A DNA stretch of 64,000 nt from Octopus vulgaris (lineage: Eukaryota): NCBI GenBank assembly GCA_951406725.2, contig OX597822.1, positions 20,832,001 through 20,896,000 on the forward strand, given 5' to 3'. The notes below the pieces were generated by a model that was given only the letters and a program-made list of their open reading frames with translations, was not told the DNA's origin and did no database searches. Position 1 is the stretch's first letter. Every line of letters begins with the position of its first letter. The position numbers and the translations under genes were made by a program. Below, in pieces: positions 14,573-27,540 of the stretch.

Positions 14573-14945
14573 ATAAGACAGTAGGTGTGATTTGAGGTGG
14601 AGATTTGGCTGCTATTTCTACCATGTCTAGCTGCCATGTAGGGGTCTCCCTCATAGGCTCATACATACATATATACATAGATAAGACAGTAAGGTGTGAT
14701 TTGGGGGAAATTTGGCTGCTATTTCTACCAGGTCTAGCTGCCATGTAGGGGTCTCCCTCATAGGCTCATACATACATATATACATAGATAAGACAGTAAG
14801 GTGTGATTTGGGGGAAATTTGGCTGCTATTTCTACCAGGTCTAGCTACCATGTAGAGGTCCCCCTCATTGGCTCATATATATATACATACATAAGACAGT
14901 AAGGTGTGATTTGAGGGAGATTTGGCTGCTGTTTCTACCAGGTCT
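14573..14945 (+). repeat. Tandem repeat, ~103-108 bp unit x ~3.5
   Basis: Units start ATAAGACAGT at 14573, 14681, 14788 and 14891; core GGTGTGATTTG..ATTTGGCTGCTATTTCTACCAGGTCTAG. Confidence 0.92.
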
Positions 14946-15310
14946 GTTAGGCCTTCTCATGTAAACTCAAGCTTTCTCATGCCTTGAACATAAGACCAAA
15001 GCAGAGAATGTATTCTTTTATTCTTCTGCTTTTTCCAGCCATTGGTCTGTGGCCATGCTGGGGCAATGCCTTGAAGAATTGTAGTTTAATGAATCAACTC
15101 CAGTTTTATTTTTGTAAGCATTGTACTTATTCTATCTGTTTCCTTTGTCAAACCACTAGGTGACAGGGATGTAAACAAACCAACATTCGTTGTCAAGCAG
15201 TGGTGGAGGACAATCACAAGCACAGACACGCACACACACACACATACATGCATACACATATACACACATACATACATACATACATATATATATATGTGTG
15301 TATATATATA

Positions 15311-15569
15311 TTGCAGCCTGGAAGGTGTTTCTAAGCCATTTAAGAAACACACAAAAACCGTTACATTCACTTCAACATTTAAATTTAATTTGCCAAAATA
15401 TTTTCGTCGCTTTGAGACCGCGACCTGTTCACTGACAAAAATATCGTGCTAACAGGTCGCGGTCTCAAAGCGACGAAAATATTTTGACAAATTAAATTTA
15501 AATGTTGAAGTGAATCTAACGGTTTCTGTGTGTTTCTTAAATGGCTTATAAACACCTTCAACGCTGCAA
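15311..15569. repeat. 119-bp inverted repeat with 21-nt spacer (likely Penelope-type terminal repeat)
   Basis: 15311-15429 is the reverse complement of 15451-15569 with only a few mismatches. Confidence 0.92.
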
Positions 15570-15731
15570 CTGTTTTCGTTCCAGCACACGATCTCAGATC
15601 AAGTCACTTGCTATGCAAGTACATCTCTGTAACTATATATATATTTATATATATATATATATGTATATTGGTAAAAACAGTAAGATAACAAAAGAAAGAA
15701 AGAGACCTCAATATTATGTAAATAGAGGAAA

Positions 15732-16135
15732 TCTTTATATATAAAAGTGAGGTTGTGTGTCTGTCTCCTACGATTTAGATTCCTAACTACTCCCACATTT
15801 TGCGGTGCAGTTTAACCAAAACCGGGTATCTTATAGTCGTGATTCATATCGAGACCGTCTGGGTATTAGCGCGCGTCTACGATGAGTCTACGATGAGTTA
15901 CGATTTAAAAAAAATTTACCATCAATTTTTCCCATTTTTAATCCATTTTTGACATATATAAGGGAAGTAACTCTCTAAAATTTATTATTAAATCTCAGAA
16001 CGTAAAAAGCTACAGTAACACCCCTCCCCCTTTGTGGTTAGCCATATTGAGATGGCTATTATACTTTACATCTCTAAAAATGCTTATATAATTATTTCCC
16101 TTACAAACCCGAGCAACGCTGGGCGATACTGCTAG
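15732..16135 (+). mobile_element. Complete non-autonomous Helitron (~404 bp)
   Basis: 5' TC(TTTATATATAAAAG), 3' hairpin CCCGAGCAACGCTGGG followed by CTAG, inserted between A and T, no TSD. Confidence 0.88.
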
Positions 16136-17178
16136 TGAATAATAAAATAATTGTTCCTATCAGAATCCATTAGGAGAATAGCATGAGGAATCTGCCCCTA
16201 CAACCCTCCTAGGAATAAGTGGGTGAAGAAGATGAGATGATGTGAAAATGATTATTTGTTACATAGGTAAAAGGTAGGAATTTTGCAGGGAAGGGCTAGT
16301 TGATTAAATTGACGCTGGAATTGGTACTTTAGTTAAGAGACTCCAGAAAAATGAAAGGCAGAACTGATCTGGGTGGAATTTGAACTCAGAATGAGAGAAC
16401 TAACTAGAACAAATACTGCAGGGCATTTTTTCTGATACTTTAATGATTCTACCAATATGAACAGCTAGCAATATATATAACAGGGAATACACAACAGTAA
16501 ATTTACAAAATCATACACACTGCTAAATAGTTCTGAGAAGTTCAAACTGTTGTATAACAGTTGAAGACACAGAGAAACTATGGTACATCAGTGTCATTTT
16601 TGATCACCATCAAGTGTACATATTTCTTGAGTGAAACTGGACTAGGAGCCTGAATTTCTAAACTAAGAAAAATAATATTTTTATCCATTAGTCTACTGTT
16701 TCATGCAGTGAAGATGTAAACATTGAACAATTTTTCACCTCTACTGATGAGGTTAATAGTCTGAAAAATGATCTTACTTAAATAATTTAACGTTCACTCT
16801 TGTTGATGGATATAACAGCTGAACTTGCTCTCTGCAATTTGTTTTTGTTGCTAAATTTATGAAGTGTATAAAGTATCTGTTATAAAATGTGAAGTAAAAA
16901 GTATAGATATTGCGTGAAACTTTATTGTTAGTGCAACAAATTGTGATATTTAATGTTGTGATACCTGACACAGTACAAAAATTTATTACTAGATACATAT
17001 AAGTATAATTTAGATCTCATAACTTCAGTATAGACAAGCAATGATTACTTTATAAATATAAATGTCAAAATACATTGAGCCAGTTATAAATTTAACATCT
17101 TCGGATTCTTTAAAGTCATTAAAATATACATACATCAAACACACATATAAATAACATTTCTGCATGCATTCATAAACA

Positions 17179-17227
<49 letters not shown>

Positions 17228-17284
17228 ATTATTATTATTGTTATTATTATTATTATTGTCATCATTATTATTTAAAACAGTTTG

Positions 17285-17504
17285 ATTTGACACTGGCTGG
17301 TATATATGTATCACATGTGACTCATTGGTGATTTTCTTCCTCCATCTCCCCTTCTATTGGACTCTCCTCTGTTTTTGAAGAAGAGCGGCTGCTCATAACA
17401 TTAAACCATCTTTCTTTCCTTTCCTGTGCATCTGCTAATACATTACATGTACCACGTCCTTGCGTTGTTGTATTTTGGGGTTTGTTCTTTTGGATTTACT
17501 ATAG

Positions 17505-17505
<1 letters not shown>
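17285..17505 (+). mobile_element. Penelope-like terminal repeat with decayed minimal hammerhead
   Basis: 17371-17406 GTTT-TTGAAGAA-GAGC ggct GCTC-ATAA-CAT-T-AAAC: hammerhead topology with a mutated core. Confidence 0.45.
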
Positions 17506-17538
<33 letters not shown>

Positions 17539-19994
17539 TGCCCCAGACTTCTGTTTTATGACATACCTCTATGATAACGTAAGAGTAGAACTACATATTT
17601 CATCATCATTTCTTGTGTTATAAGTTATCTCTTTCATTACCCAGAACCACATCTTTTGCCATCCTTCCTTTATTCTTAAAATTGCCTTTTCCCATTCACA
17701 TATTCCATTGATCATTGTCTCTGTGTTATCAGGTATCGCTCTCTCTTTTCCAAATGACTTCTTGATGATTCACCCCTATGTACTTCAGACCACTGTCCCA
17801 CTAAACCCTATTTTCTTTCCAACTCAAGTTTATGATTAACCACACCCACCTTAGCTTATCATTTACTATATTCACTCCCCACTGCATACCCCTATTTCAC
17901 TCTCCTCATACACTACTGCAACCTTCACCCTTCTTATTCTTCTGTCTCCATTCTGTCTTATATAGACTGTTTTGAATATTGGGCGCACAATCTAACATAC
18001 TGCAAAAATCAACTTTACCACTCTTTCCAGCTCCACCCCAATTATTTTCACTCACAATTACATAATGTTGGGTAGCCATGTATCTCCAATGCAAAAAAAG
18101 CCTGTTTCTGTTTCTTCTTTCATACATTAGTCTATCAACACTTACCATAAATCCACCTCCCTCACTACTATGGTCCTACTCAGTCAAGAAGGATTTCAGT
18201 CTTGTGAGTTACATGGCAACCACAAAAGTGATGGTGCCATGACAAGAAAAAAGCACCTAGCGCACTCTGTAAAGTGGTTGGCATTAAGAAGGGCCTTCCA
18301 GCTGTAGAAACCATACCAATGCAGACATTGGAGCATGATGCAATCCTCCAACTCATCGGATTTTGTTGAACCATCCACCCCATACTAGTATAGTGAATAA
18401 ATGATTAATGATGATGATGATGATGATGATAGTGACAGAACATTCATAGAATACACTTGCTAAAATATCTTCTTGTCTAAGAGTATTTTGAGAAGAAGTT
18501 AGATGTATATTAGAAAAAGTAAAATACTTTAGGTTTAGAAAATAGCATTTGGATTTTACATTTGAAGTCTGAAATACACAGAAATTTTTCATCAGTTATT
18601 TTCAAAGCATCCAATGTTCTGATGTATTTTTCTATGCATCTTTTCTTAATACTGATGTTCACTGGCATTAGATGACTTTATTGGAAATGATTTTTTTAGC
18701 TGATAATAAAAAGAATGTTTGCCAGTTAAGCAAGAACTGATACATTTGCAGATCAAGATTATGTTATTTCAATATATAATAATTCGTATTGGAGAAATAA
18801 GTCTGGAAGCAGTCTTAGCAACAACATGGACACAGTTGTTATTGAACTATTTAAAAAATATTTTGGTAGTTTCAAAACATTTAAATATTATATTTTCTTG
18901 TGTTTCTAAAAGTAATTTTAAATATTTTTTTAAGCAGTGAGATGTTATGAATATATATCATACATGGGTTGTACATTTCTGGAGTAAGAAATGTGGAAAT
19001 TGTTTATGGAAAATAAACACCATATGAACAGACTGAGAAGAATTTGGCAAGAACTATTTAGATCAGATCCGAAAATATTTGTCAATATGGGTGAGCTAAA
19101 GCAATAAGTTGACGCTCACAGAAATAGTATACTGCAGTTTGTCCATCTCTTGTCAATAGAAGGAAAAAAGGAAAGATGTTTTTATGATGATGTTGACAAT
19201 GACAATGATGATGATGAAAATAATGATGATGATGGTCATGAATTGCAATATTCAGCTCCTAAGAATTATGATAAAGTTAATGAGAATATTGCTGCGATAC
19301 ATTGTTAAGAAATCTTGATATAGCATGTTGGTTTCAATTGTTAACCAGTAGACATGTGATGCAACTATATTGATTGGTAATCTAATAGAGACTTGGCTTT
19401 GGCAATTGGATTCAGTTTTGGGATTCTCTTCAAATCCCTTCCATTTACATTCTATTTTCTCATAATTCAAATTGAGAAAAGTGAATGGCAGCCAACGCCT
19501 TATGTGAATACCACATACTGAATTGATGTAAAGAACTTTTAAGTTTTTTTGGCTTGTACTTTCAGATTATTTTATATATTTTTATCTATCTAGTTATTAC
19601 TATTTTATTGTTCATGTATTGCCGTTTTAGATATTTTTTCTTTTATTACTTATAGAAACACACACATGTGCACACACACACATACACACACACACATGCA
19701 TATAATAATGATGAATATTTTCACATGTTGTATATTCTCATAAAGCTAGAGCTAAGCTATGACTTCAATACTGCTAAAAGGATGGGAGATAAATTACTAT
19801 TTGGATAGGATGCTAGTCTTTCACATGTAACATTCTTATATCTAATAGGAGCCTATTCTCTACAGCAAAAAGAAGCAGGGAATATGGAATAGTGTTCCAC
19901 TTAGGGGCATAATGAAAAATCTTGCAGAGGATATGAATCATAATATAAATCCTGAGAGGACAGTGCAATAATTTATGTTGTCAGCCATTTTACC

Positions 19995-20157
19995 TCCACT
20001 TATACTTACACACACACATATACTTGCATATACATACACATATAAGTCTCTCCTTCCCTCTCTCTTTCTCTCTCTCTATATATTTATACACATGTGTGTG
20101 TGTTTGTGCACACACACACACACATAAATATACATAAAAAATATATATATTATATAT

Positions 20158-20207
<50 letters not shown>

Positions 20208-20362
20208 TTATATATATATTATATATACAAACATACAACATACATTTATATATATTATATGTTATATTATGTATGCATATATATGTATATATATATATAT
20301 ACATATATATACATGCATATATATATATGTATGTATATATATATATATATACATATATATAC

Positions 20363-20406
<44 letters not shown>

Positions 20407-20421
20407 ATATATGTATGTATG

Positions 20422-20506
<85 letters not shown>

Positions 20507-20542
20507 ATATATGTATATATACATATATATACATATATATAC

Positions 20543-20588
<46 letters not shown>

Positions 20589-20620
20589 GTATATATATGT
20601 ATGTATGTATATATATGTAC

Positions 20621-20659
<39 letters not shown>

Positions 20660-20712
20660 CATATACATACATATATATATATACATACATATATGTATAT
20701 ATATATACATAT
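19995..20712. repeat. Long compound (TA)n/(TATG)n/(CA)n microsatellite
   Basis: About 700 bp of dinucleotide/tetranucleotide repeats; source of the six overlapping YI-rich ORFs. Confidence 0.95.
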
Positions 20713-21511
20713 TCGTACAAACACATAAATAAACACACATGGTCCAACCAGCAAGCCACCACCTAAATTGATACATATATTGTTATTGTCACTCCACTCT
20801 CCATCCATCTAATTGATATTTAGCTGTCTTCCAGAGGCTTCTGCATCATTTATGATTACCATTTGCTTTCATTCATTTATTCATTCATGTTTTGTTTTTT
20901 TCATTTATTTATTTCTTCTCTTATTGATTTAGTTATATTTTAATGTCTACAGCCCATGGCACTTAATATATTTGACCGAATACCAAACATGATTCTATTA
21001 CCAATCAATGATCTATATTGGTCTAAATTCAGCATCATTTCCATCATTTTGACTTCTTTTTGTCCATTTTCCTATTTTATTTTCCACTTCTTCACTGTTT
21101 TATCATCATTATATTTTACAGTTCTATAAAAAGAAGTTAAATTCACTTGCTATTTCTGTTGCTGGAGCATTGCGGAGATCTTGCTATATGCTTGCATCTG
21201 GTTGAAAAATAAAAAAGAAAACCCAAAAAACAATTATAACAATAATAAAGTAAGAACAGATATGAAGTGCAAAAAAACTTTTATACAGTAGATACAAAAT
21301 GTCCCTCATCCTAGACCATGAATTTGATAGGAAGCATAATTAAACTGGGCACAAAACCAATCCCATGATACTATCATCATTGATGATGATAATGATAACA
21401 ATAATAGAATTGACAAGGCATATTGACAAAACAGGACATTTTTTTTTCTCTACCAAGGCATTGTGCCTATTTTGCTGGATCAGTTTATCAGTTTGTACTT
21501 TTTGTTCTTTC

Positions 21512-21547
<36 letters not shown>

Positions 21548-21775
21548 GCAGTGAGCTGGCAGGATTTTTAGCATGCTGGGTAAAATACTTAGTAGTATTT
21601 TGTCTGCCACTATGTTCTGAGTTCAAATTCTGCAAAGGTTGATTTTGCCGTTCATCCTTTCGGGGTCAATTAAATAAGTACCAGTTATGTGCTGGGGTCA
21701 ATGTAATTGACTTACTCCCTTCCCCCAAATGTGAGGCCTTGTGCTTCCAGCAGAAAGGATTATTATTATTTATTA

Positions 21776-21810
<35 letters not shown>

Positions 21811-22021
21811 TAAGATGGCAAGCTGGTAGAACTTGCATGCTAGACTAAATGCATAATGGTATTTTTTCCAGCTTTTCATATTCTGAGTACAAATATTGGC
21901 TGCCATTCTTTAATTGCAGATAAGATAAAGTACCAGTCAAGTACTGGGGGCAATGTATTTGACTTCCCCTCCTCTTAAAATTGTTGGCCTTCAGCCAAAA
22001 TTAGAAAGAATTATTATTATA

Positions 22022-22066
<45 letters not shown>

Positions 22067-22929
22067 CATCATTATTATTTTGTCATATAAGGCAGCAAAC
22101 TGGCAGAATGTTTGCACACTGGACAAAATGCTTCTAATCATTTTGTCCATTGTTATGTTCTGAGTTCGAATTCCACCAAGGTTGAATTTGCCTTTCATCC
22201 TTTTGGAGTTTATAAAATAAGTATCTGTTGAGTACAAGATTCATGTAATCAACTAACTTCCCCATAAATTTCAAATCTTGTGCCTACTGTAGAAAGGATT
22301 GTTATTTGGTCTCATAAGTGTTAATAAGAGCTATGGAATTAGAGATTATGGATATTTGTATTCATTTCTGAATTTCTTACTTCTGTAGATATTTCAGTCT
22401 ATGACTATTTAGACTGCTGAGACATAGTTATACCATCCAATTTTTTAAAACTTTGTTTCATTTTTTTATGTCAAGACAGCTTAGAAATCTGATTGGATGT
22501 GTTTATATGTGAGTGAAAAACTATAACGGTGAATGACAGAGAAAACTGAACATCTTTGTTGCACTTCAAATATTGTCTATTTGACATTGTTTCTTTTCAT
22601 TCCTTCTCCTTTTTGATAGTTTTTTTTTTCTTTTTGCTATTGGATACCCTTCCCATAACAAACCATCCAATCCACAGTATGAACTAGATGTATTTCATCA
22701 AGTCCCTTGCAACAGAGAGGTTGTCTCTGTCATGTTTAAAATGTACCCTCTATCCCACACCCATCTATTTATTCCTTTCTTACTATACTGTCACATTATA
22801 ATCAAGGAATATAGTGGAGTAACAGAAAGAGCAGAGTGCCAAATTAGAACTCTCACAATATTTAGGTAACTTTGTTTTTTATCTTTGTGAGATTATCAAA
22901 GTATGTACTTGCTGTTTTATTAGAGCTGC

Positions 22930-23535
22930 TATTATTGAATATTGATGAGGACAGCTGTATAAAATAGTGTCAATCTCTGTGGAGGGAACCTGTGGTAGAG
23001 GTAGACCCAGGAATATATGGGACGAGGTGGTGAAGCATGATCTTCGAACTTTGCACCTCACAGAGGCAATGACTAGTGACCAAGACCTTTGGCAATGTGC
23101 TGTGCTTGAGAGGACCCATGAAGCCAAGTGGTCCCATGCTAGTGGCACGTAAAGAACATCTTTTGAACGTTGGGCCTCACAGGGGCAAGGTGGCTGAGTT
23201 CCTTTCAAGCATTGGGCTTCATGGCCACAAAGTGGCTGAGTTCCTTCCAAGCGTTGGGCCTCACAGAAGTAATAACCAAGACCTTTGGCATTATGTTGTG
23301 CTTGAGAAGAAGACCCATCAAGCTGAGCAAAATCACAAAAATTGGCAACCATGCTGGTGGGATGTAAAAGCACCTATACACTTTCGGAGTGGTTGGCATT
23401 AGGAAGGGCACCCAGCTGTAGAAAGCCATGTCAAGTGAGACTGGAGTCTGGTGCAGTTTTCCAGCATGCCAGCCTAGTCAAACCGTCCAACTCATGCCAG
23501 CATGGACAATGAACATTAAATGATGATGATGAGGA
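22930..23535 (+). mobile_element. RTE-clade LINE 3' end with (GAT)n tail
   Basis: VEGTCGRGRPRNIWDEVVKHDLRTLHLTEAMTSDQDLWQCAVLE (RTE C-terminus), then TGGTTGGCATTAGGAAGGGCA..CATGCCAGCATGGA..TTAAATGATGATG. Confidence 0.85.
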
Positions 23536-25722
23536 GGAGGATACTCTTTAAATTCATACTCCTCAACTAATGCTAGGAATCAGTATCAGAATATTCAAAA
23601 GAACTATATTAGTTGACCTGCTTAAACCTTTTCATACCAATCTACTTGAAACTGTTTCTGGTTTTAGAATAGAAAACTTCTCAATTTCAAGTGTTTGTAT
23701 TAAAATGAAAACTTTTCAATATTATAATTTTTCTACTATGATACAGATACCATTATAATAATCTTAAAGCTGTTTTACTAATTCCTTCTAAATTCTTGAC
23801 TAGTTTCATAGTTAATCTATATTGTGCTTCATTAGAAATATGCTCATGAAATAATCACTGTGGTAGACCAATCTCTGTCAAAATTCTTTTCATTTTCATA
23901 AAAGTAGAAATAAGCAGCAACAATATCTGAATATTTGTCTACTGTGTTACATCAAAGATTCGGAAAAAAATAATGGATTTTAATGTAATATTCAGATTTT
24001 TGTGACGATGACAATTTTTTGCTTTTGATTTTAAATCCATCTTTTCCATACGTAATTAGGTGAGATTGTTGTTGTTGTTTAATCCCAGGACTAACAACAA
24101 TGAAGCACACCTATGATCTCCAAGCTAGAAATACTCTCACAATGAAACAGTTGAGTAAAACCTGTTTTACGGCAATCAAATTATAACAAGCAGAGTTATG
24201 TGTTTGGTCAAACGCTCAATACAGTGGGGGTTGTTGTAAAACTTTTATTGACAACTTGTGTGGTCAGTAATCCAGCATTTTAAGTTTACAACCATTGTAT
24301 TTGATAACAGGATGCATCTCTTGTGAATTGGTGAAATATTCACCAGTTTGGTTTTTATATCACTGTGCTGTGCATTTCCTAGAATACAGAATGTTAATCA
24401 TGTGTCATTATTTCACTTGTTATAATATATAAATGAAATGGAATTAAGGATGAAAAATGTTAGCATTAAAAACAAACAACTTATAAAAAATAAAGGAAAT
24501 GTAGCAGAAACTGTTATTAAAAATTTAAACATTTTTCTCATAAATTTCAGTTGATAATTAACAGGCAATGAACATCATGTGCATTTATAGATTGCTGACA
24601 TTTTCAGAGAGAAATGCTTAAGGATATAAAACCAGCACAATGTTTTTATAATCCTTAACAACCAAACATAATGCATAGTATTCAAGATAAGAACAATATG
24701 ATTTTTATTTAAAAAAAATTAAATCTATTTTATTGAATAAAAAATATAAAGCCATCCGAAACATTGTTAATATTTTCAATTTATCATATGTTGCAAATAA
24801 TGATGAAAATAACGAAGTATACAGGGAATAAAACTAATAGAATTTAATCAATAAATTGTAGAGAGGATGCTTTTTTAGATGTAGCATTTTAAATCAAAAA
24901 TAAATTGTCATTAGTGATAAAGATGTTAGATTGTGTCTGTGTGTACACATAGAGAATACATAATCACACAAACACAAAGAAATGTGTCTGAATATGTGGA
25001 CATGCAGATGTGCAAGTGTATGTGTATGCTTCACTGACATATTTAGTGCATGCAGTTCAATTAAATAGAGCCAAGCATCAATTGTTCATAGATTCATTTT
25101 GATTATTTTAATCAACACTATCCATCAGTGGGTGGGTAACATTATAGCTTGCTTTGGAACTCTTTCCCTCTCTCTCTCACTCTTTCTTTCATATTTTTTC
25201 TATTTTTGCATGCCTGATATTTTACTGGAACTTTGAAGTACCATGTTAGGCTAAGAAATAATGTTAAGCTAGAAAATTATGCTATAGTTACAAATATATT
25301 CTATTCACAGTACTTTCAAAATAAAAGTAGACCTAATGTCAAATAATCCTCTTATTCCAGCTGGAACAGAAAATTTTCAAACAGACAATTGGTTTAAATT
25401 CCTTTTCATATTTAGCTACATAGAAAGATATACTCCTGAAATCTAAGGAGGAAATAATTCACTCTCCTTCTAATTCTTTGACTGGCTATCTTTCTATTTG
25501 TATGTGTGTGTGTGTGTGTGTGACTTTGTGTGTGTATGTGTCTGTATGCATGTGTATATGTATCTGTGCTTGTGATTTAAATAGTAATGACAAATTAATT
25601 CCCATTAAGCAACTATTCTAATGATTATGATCTTTGAGACGTTCATATACCCAAACTCTCAACATACACACCTAAACTACATTTTCTTTCTTTCTTCCTA
25701 AGTTATTGTCAACCTTTTTCTA

Positions 25723-25769
<47 letters not shown>

Positions 25770-25770
<1 letters not shown>

Positions 25771-26147
25771 TCTTTTACACTTTTACTTGTTTCGGTCATT
25801 TGACTGTGGCCATGCTGAAGCACCGCCTTTAGTTGAGCAATTCGACCCCAGGACTTATTCTTTGTAAGCCTAGTACTTATTCTATCGGTCTCTTTTGCCA
25901 AACTACTAAGTTACAGGGACATAAACACACCAGCATTGGTTGTCAAGCGATGCTGGGGGGGACAAACACAGACACACAAACATACACACACACACACATA
26001 TATATATATACATATATACGACAGGCTTCTTTCAGTTTCCATCTACCAAATCCACTCACAAGGCTTTGGTCAGCTATAGTAGAAGACACTTGGTCAAGGT
26101 GCCACACAGTGAGACTGAAGCTACTTACTACACAGCCACTCCTATAC
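25770..26147 (-). mobile_element. tRNA-derived CORE-type SINE (octopus OR-like); other copies ~2925-3090(-), 15015-15230(-), 48060-48230(-), 58315-58650(+)
   Basis: GGAGTGGCTGTG head, GGCACCTTG..CAAGTGTCTTCTACTATAG core, internal (TG)n, shared 3' part. The family name is from recall. Confidence 0.8.
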
Positions 26148-26934
26148 CTACCATCATCATCATCATCATTTAACATCTGCTTTCCATCCTAGCATGGGTT
26201 GGACGATTTGACTGACGACAGGCAAACCAGATGGCTGCACCAGGCTCCAATCTGATCTGGCAGAGTTTCTACAGCTGAATGCCTTTCCTAATGCCAACCA
26301 CTCTAAGAGTGTAGTGGGTGCTTTCCATACTGGTATAAGCTGGATGGATAGTCACAGTCTGTGTTCTTTCTTACTTTGAACTATAGATTTCATAGATTGG
26401 TACTCATACATTTCAGTTTGACTTGGTTTCTATGTCTAGGTACCCTCCCTATCACCAACCACTTTACAGCATGTATTAACTGTATTCTTTTGTGGTACCA
26501 ACATTAAAGGGATTGTTGTGTCCCTGGCTAGACAAGAGTAAAAGATCTTTGTGTCTTTCTTGCATGTTTGCCAACCACTTTACAATGTGTACTAGGTGCA
26601 ATTTTTTCATGGCATCAGCAAGCCAAGACTAAAAGAAGCTTTCAAGCCTACTTTTCCTTTCATTTAGCAATCCCTTTAGAGGATGTATCAATACAGGAGG
26701 GATTACTTTGCCCACTATAAATGTAAAGAGTACTTATTCCCTTAAAGTGTGTATGTTCACACAAATTAATGTGACTCAGGAATGGAGTAGGAGAGACAGT
26801 ATGGTAATGGAAGAATTGGTAGAATGGGTAGGCGAAATGAGTATGATGTAAGACAGAATTATTGGGGTAAAGATGCAAGGTGAGCAGAATGATTGTCAAT
26901 AACAGGTGGACATAGCCAAATCTTGTAGTCAAAC

Positions 26935-27540
26935 CATTTATTAAGCTGATAACTTCTTGATAATGAATGTTGGTACTATAAGTAAGAAAGTTCTAGGTAG
27001 AGTTATGCAAAAGTTCAGAGTGATATCACCTCTGTTCCAATCGAGAAACATTCTTGTACTTATAGAATGGTATAAGTCTTTATCCTCACAAGAATGGCAT
27101 TAAATTCTTCAGCAGTTTGATATTGCGAATCACTATGATTCACTCACAGTTCCTGTAATTATCAAAGCTCTCAACTTTGTACAAATGGCCATCATTATTT
27201 CTGATGCATACATCAATATAATTTTACATGAATAGGAAACACTTGTTTGCTATAATGACTATGCCTGAATGAATAGACTTTCAAATGATGCCTTCATGTG
27301 GGCATAAGGGTTAACAATTCTGCAGAGGTCAGTGAACTCACTGGCTTGTACCTATTGCTCAATTTAAGCTATACTTGACAGGTATCGATGGTAAATTATA
27401 CTGAAATGACAGACAATTACAATATAATTGTAACCCACAGACCAATGAAAAAAATTGCATTTATTCTTCAAGAGTCTTTGATTATAATCTCTTTAGAAAC
27501 CAACCTCACTTGCATTAAGTTTCTTGATATTACCATAGGT
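26935..27540 (+). mobile_element. Penelope-like element RT fragment (Naiad-like clade, tentative)
   Basis: NVGTISKKVLGRV..IEWYKSL..QFDIANHYDSL..KALNF..INIILHE*ETL..SAEVSELTGLYLL..LETNLTCIKFLDITI, matching the EIGKISK / FDIxxFYPSI / AEVCELVGLY / ITIETNLKIVNFLDVT pattern. Confidence 0.75.

Larger units (their letters stand above)
9970..19533 (-). pseudogene. Endogenous bunyavirus-like L gene, C-terminal pieces (probably the continuation of copy A)
   Basis: 19533-19440 LYINSVCGIHIRRWLPFTF (recalled LYDIIKNGYNRTDFIPLLF); ~16960 LNITICCTNNKVS (INLTITGYNRSIT); 13620-13090 SHDVMQYEDLS..QFYI..CYNE (SRHGLKFENMS..NYYI..IYNE); 12321-12112 DLIHLN..SHSTPF (DLLNLN..IHSTPIF); 10800-10587 CIHLS*V*EFTQHL*IFTVPK (CIHICLIKNGMDHMYHSFDVPK); 10110-9970 FDW..SDI..WLEM (INW..TDI..WNVM). 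The pieces are collinear. Confidence 0.72.
19955..25495 (-). pseudogene. Second, partial endogenous bunyavirus-like L copy (copy B), linker to motif B
   Basis: ~25490-25400 KELE..LDFRSISFYVA; 24400-24270 FCIL..SDIKTK..IHK..LKC (recalled ADIKTK..LHK..FKC); 23935-23600 LTE..ISN..SKTALRYY..*KGL; 22723-22670 CKGLDEIHLVHTVD (AKGLHEKHHVMVD); ~22575 IDNI*S; ~21290 KVF; 21221-21179 FSFLFFNQMQAYSK (FYFTFFNKGQKTSK); ~20825-20790 LKYQLDG/EWS (LKMEINADMSKWS); ~20730 FMCLY (FMCNY); ~19988-19960 WL/NINYC (WLQGNFNY). Confidence 0.68.

Noticed and set aside
14573-14945. CRISPR-like repeat array
   Set aside because: Units are head-to-tail near-identical with no unique spacers; eukaryotic context and no cas genes.
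19990-20808. Long YI/CV/HT-rich ORFs (also at 3.0-3.9, 31.0, 36.2-37.1, 38.9, 58.6 and 59.3 kb)
   Set aside because: They are translations of microsatellites that lack stop codons, not genes.
21150-21200. Host terminal exon (MQAYSKISAMLQQQK*)
   Set aside because: The apparent polypyrimidine tract is itself the FSFLFFN codons of the viral motif F relic.
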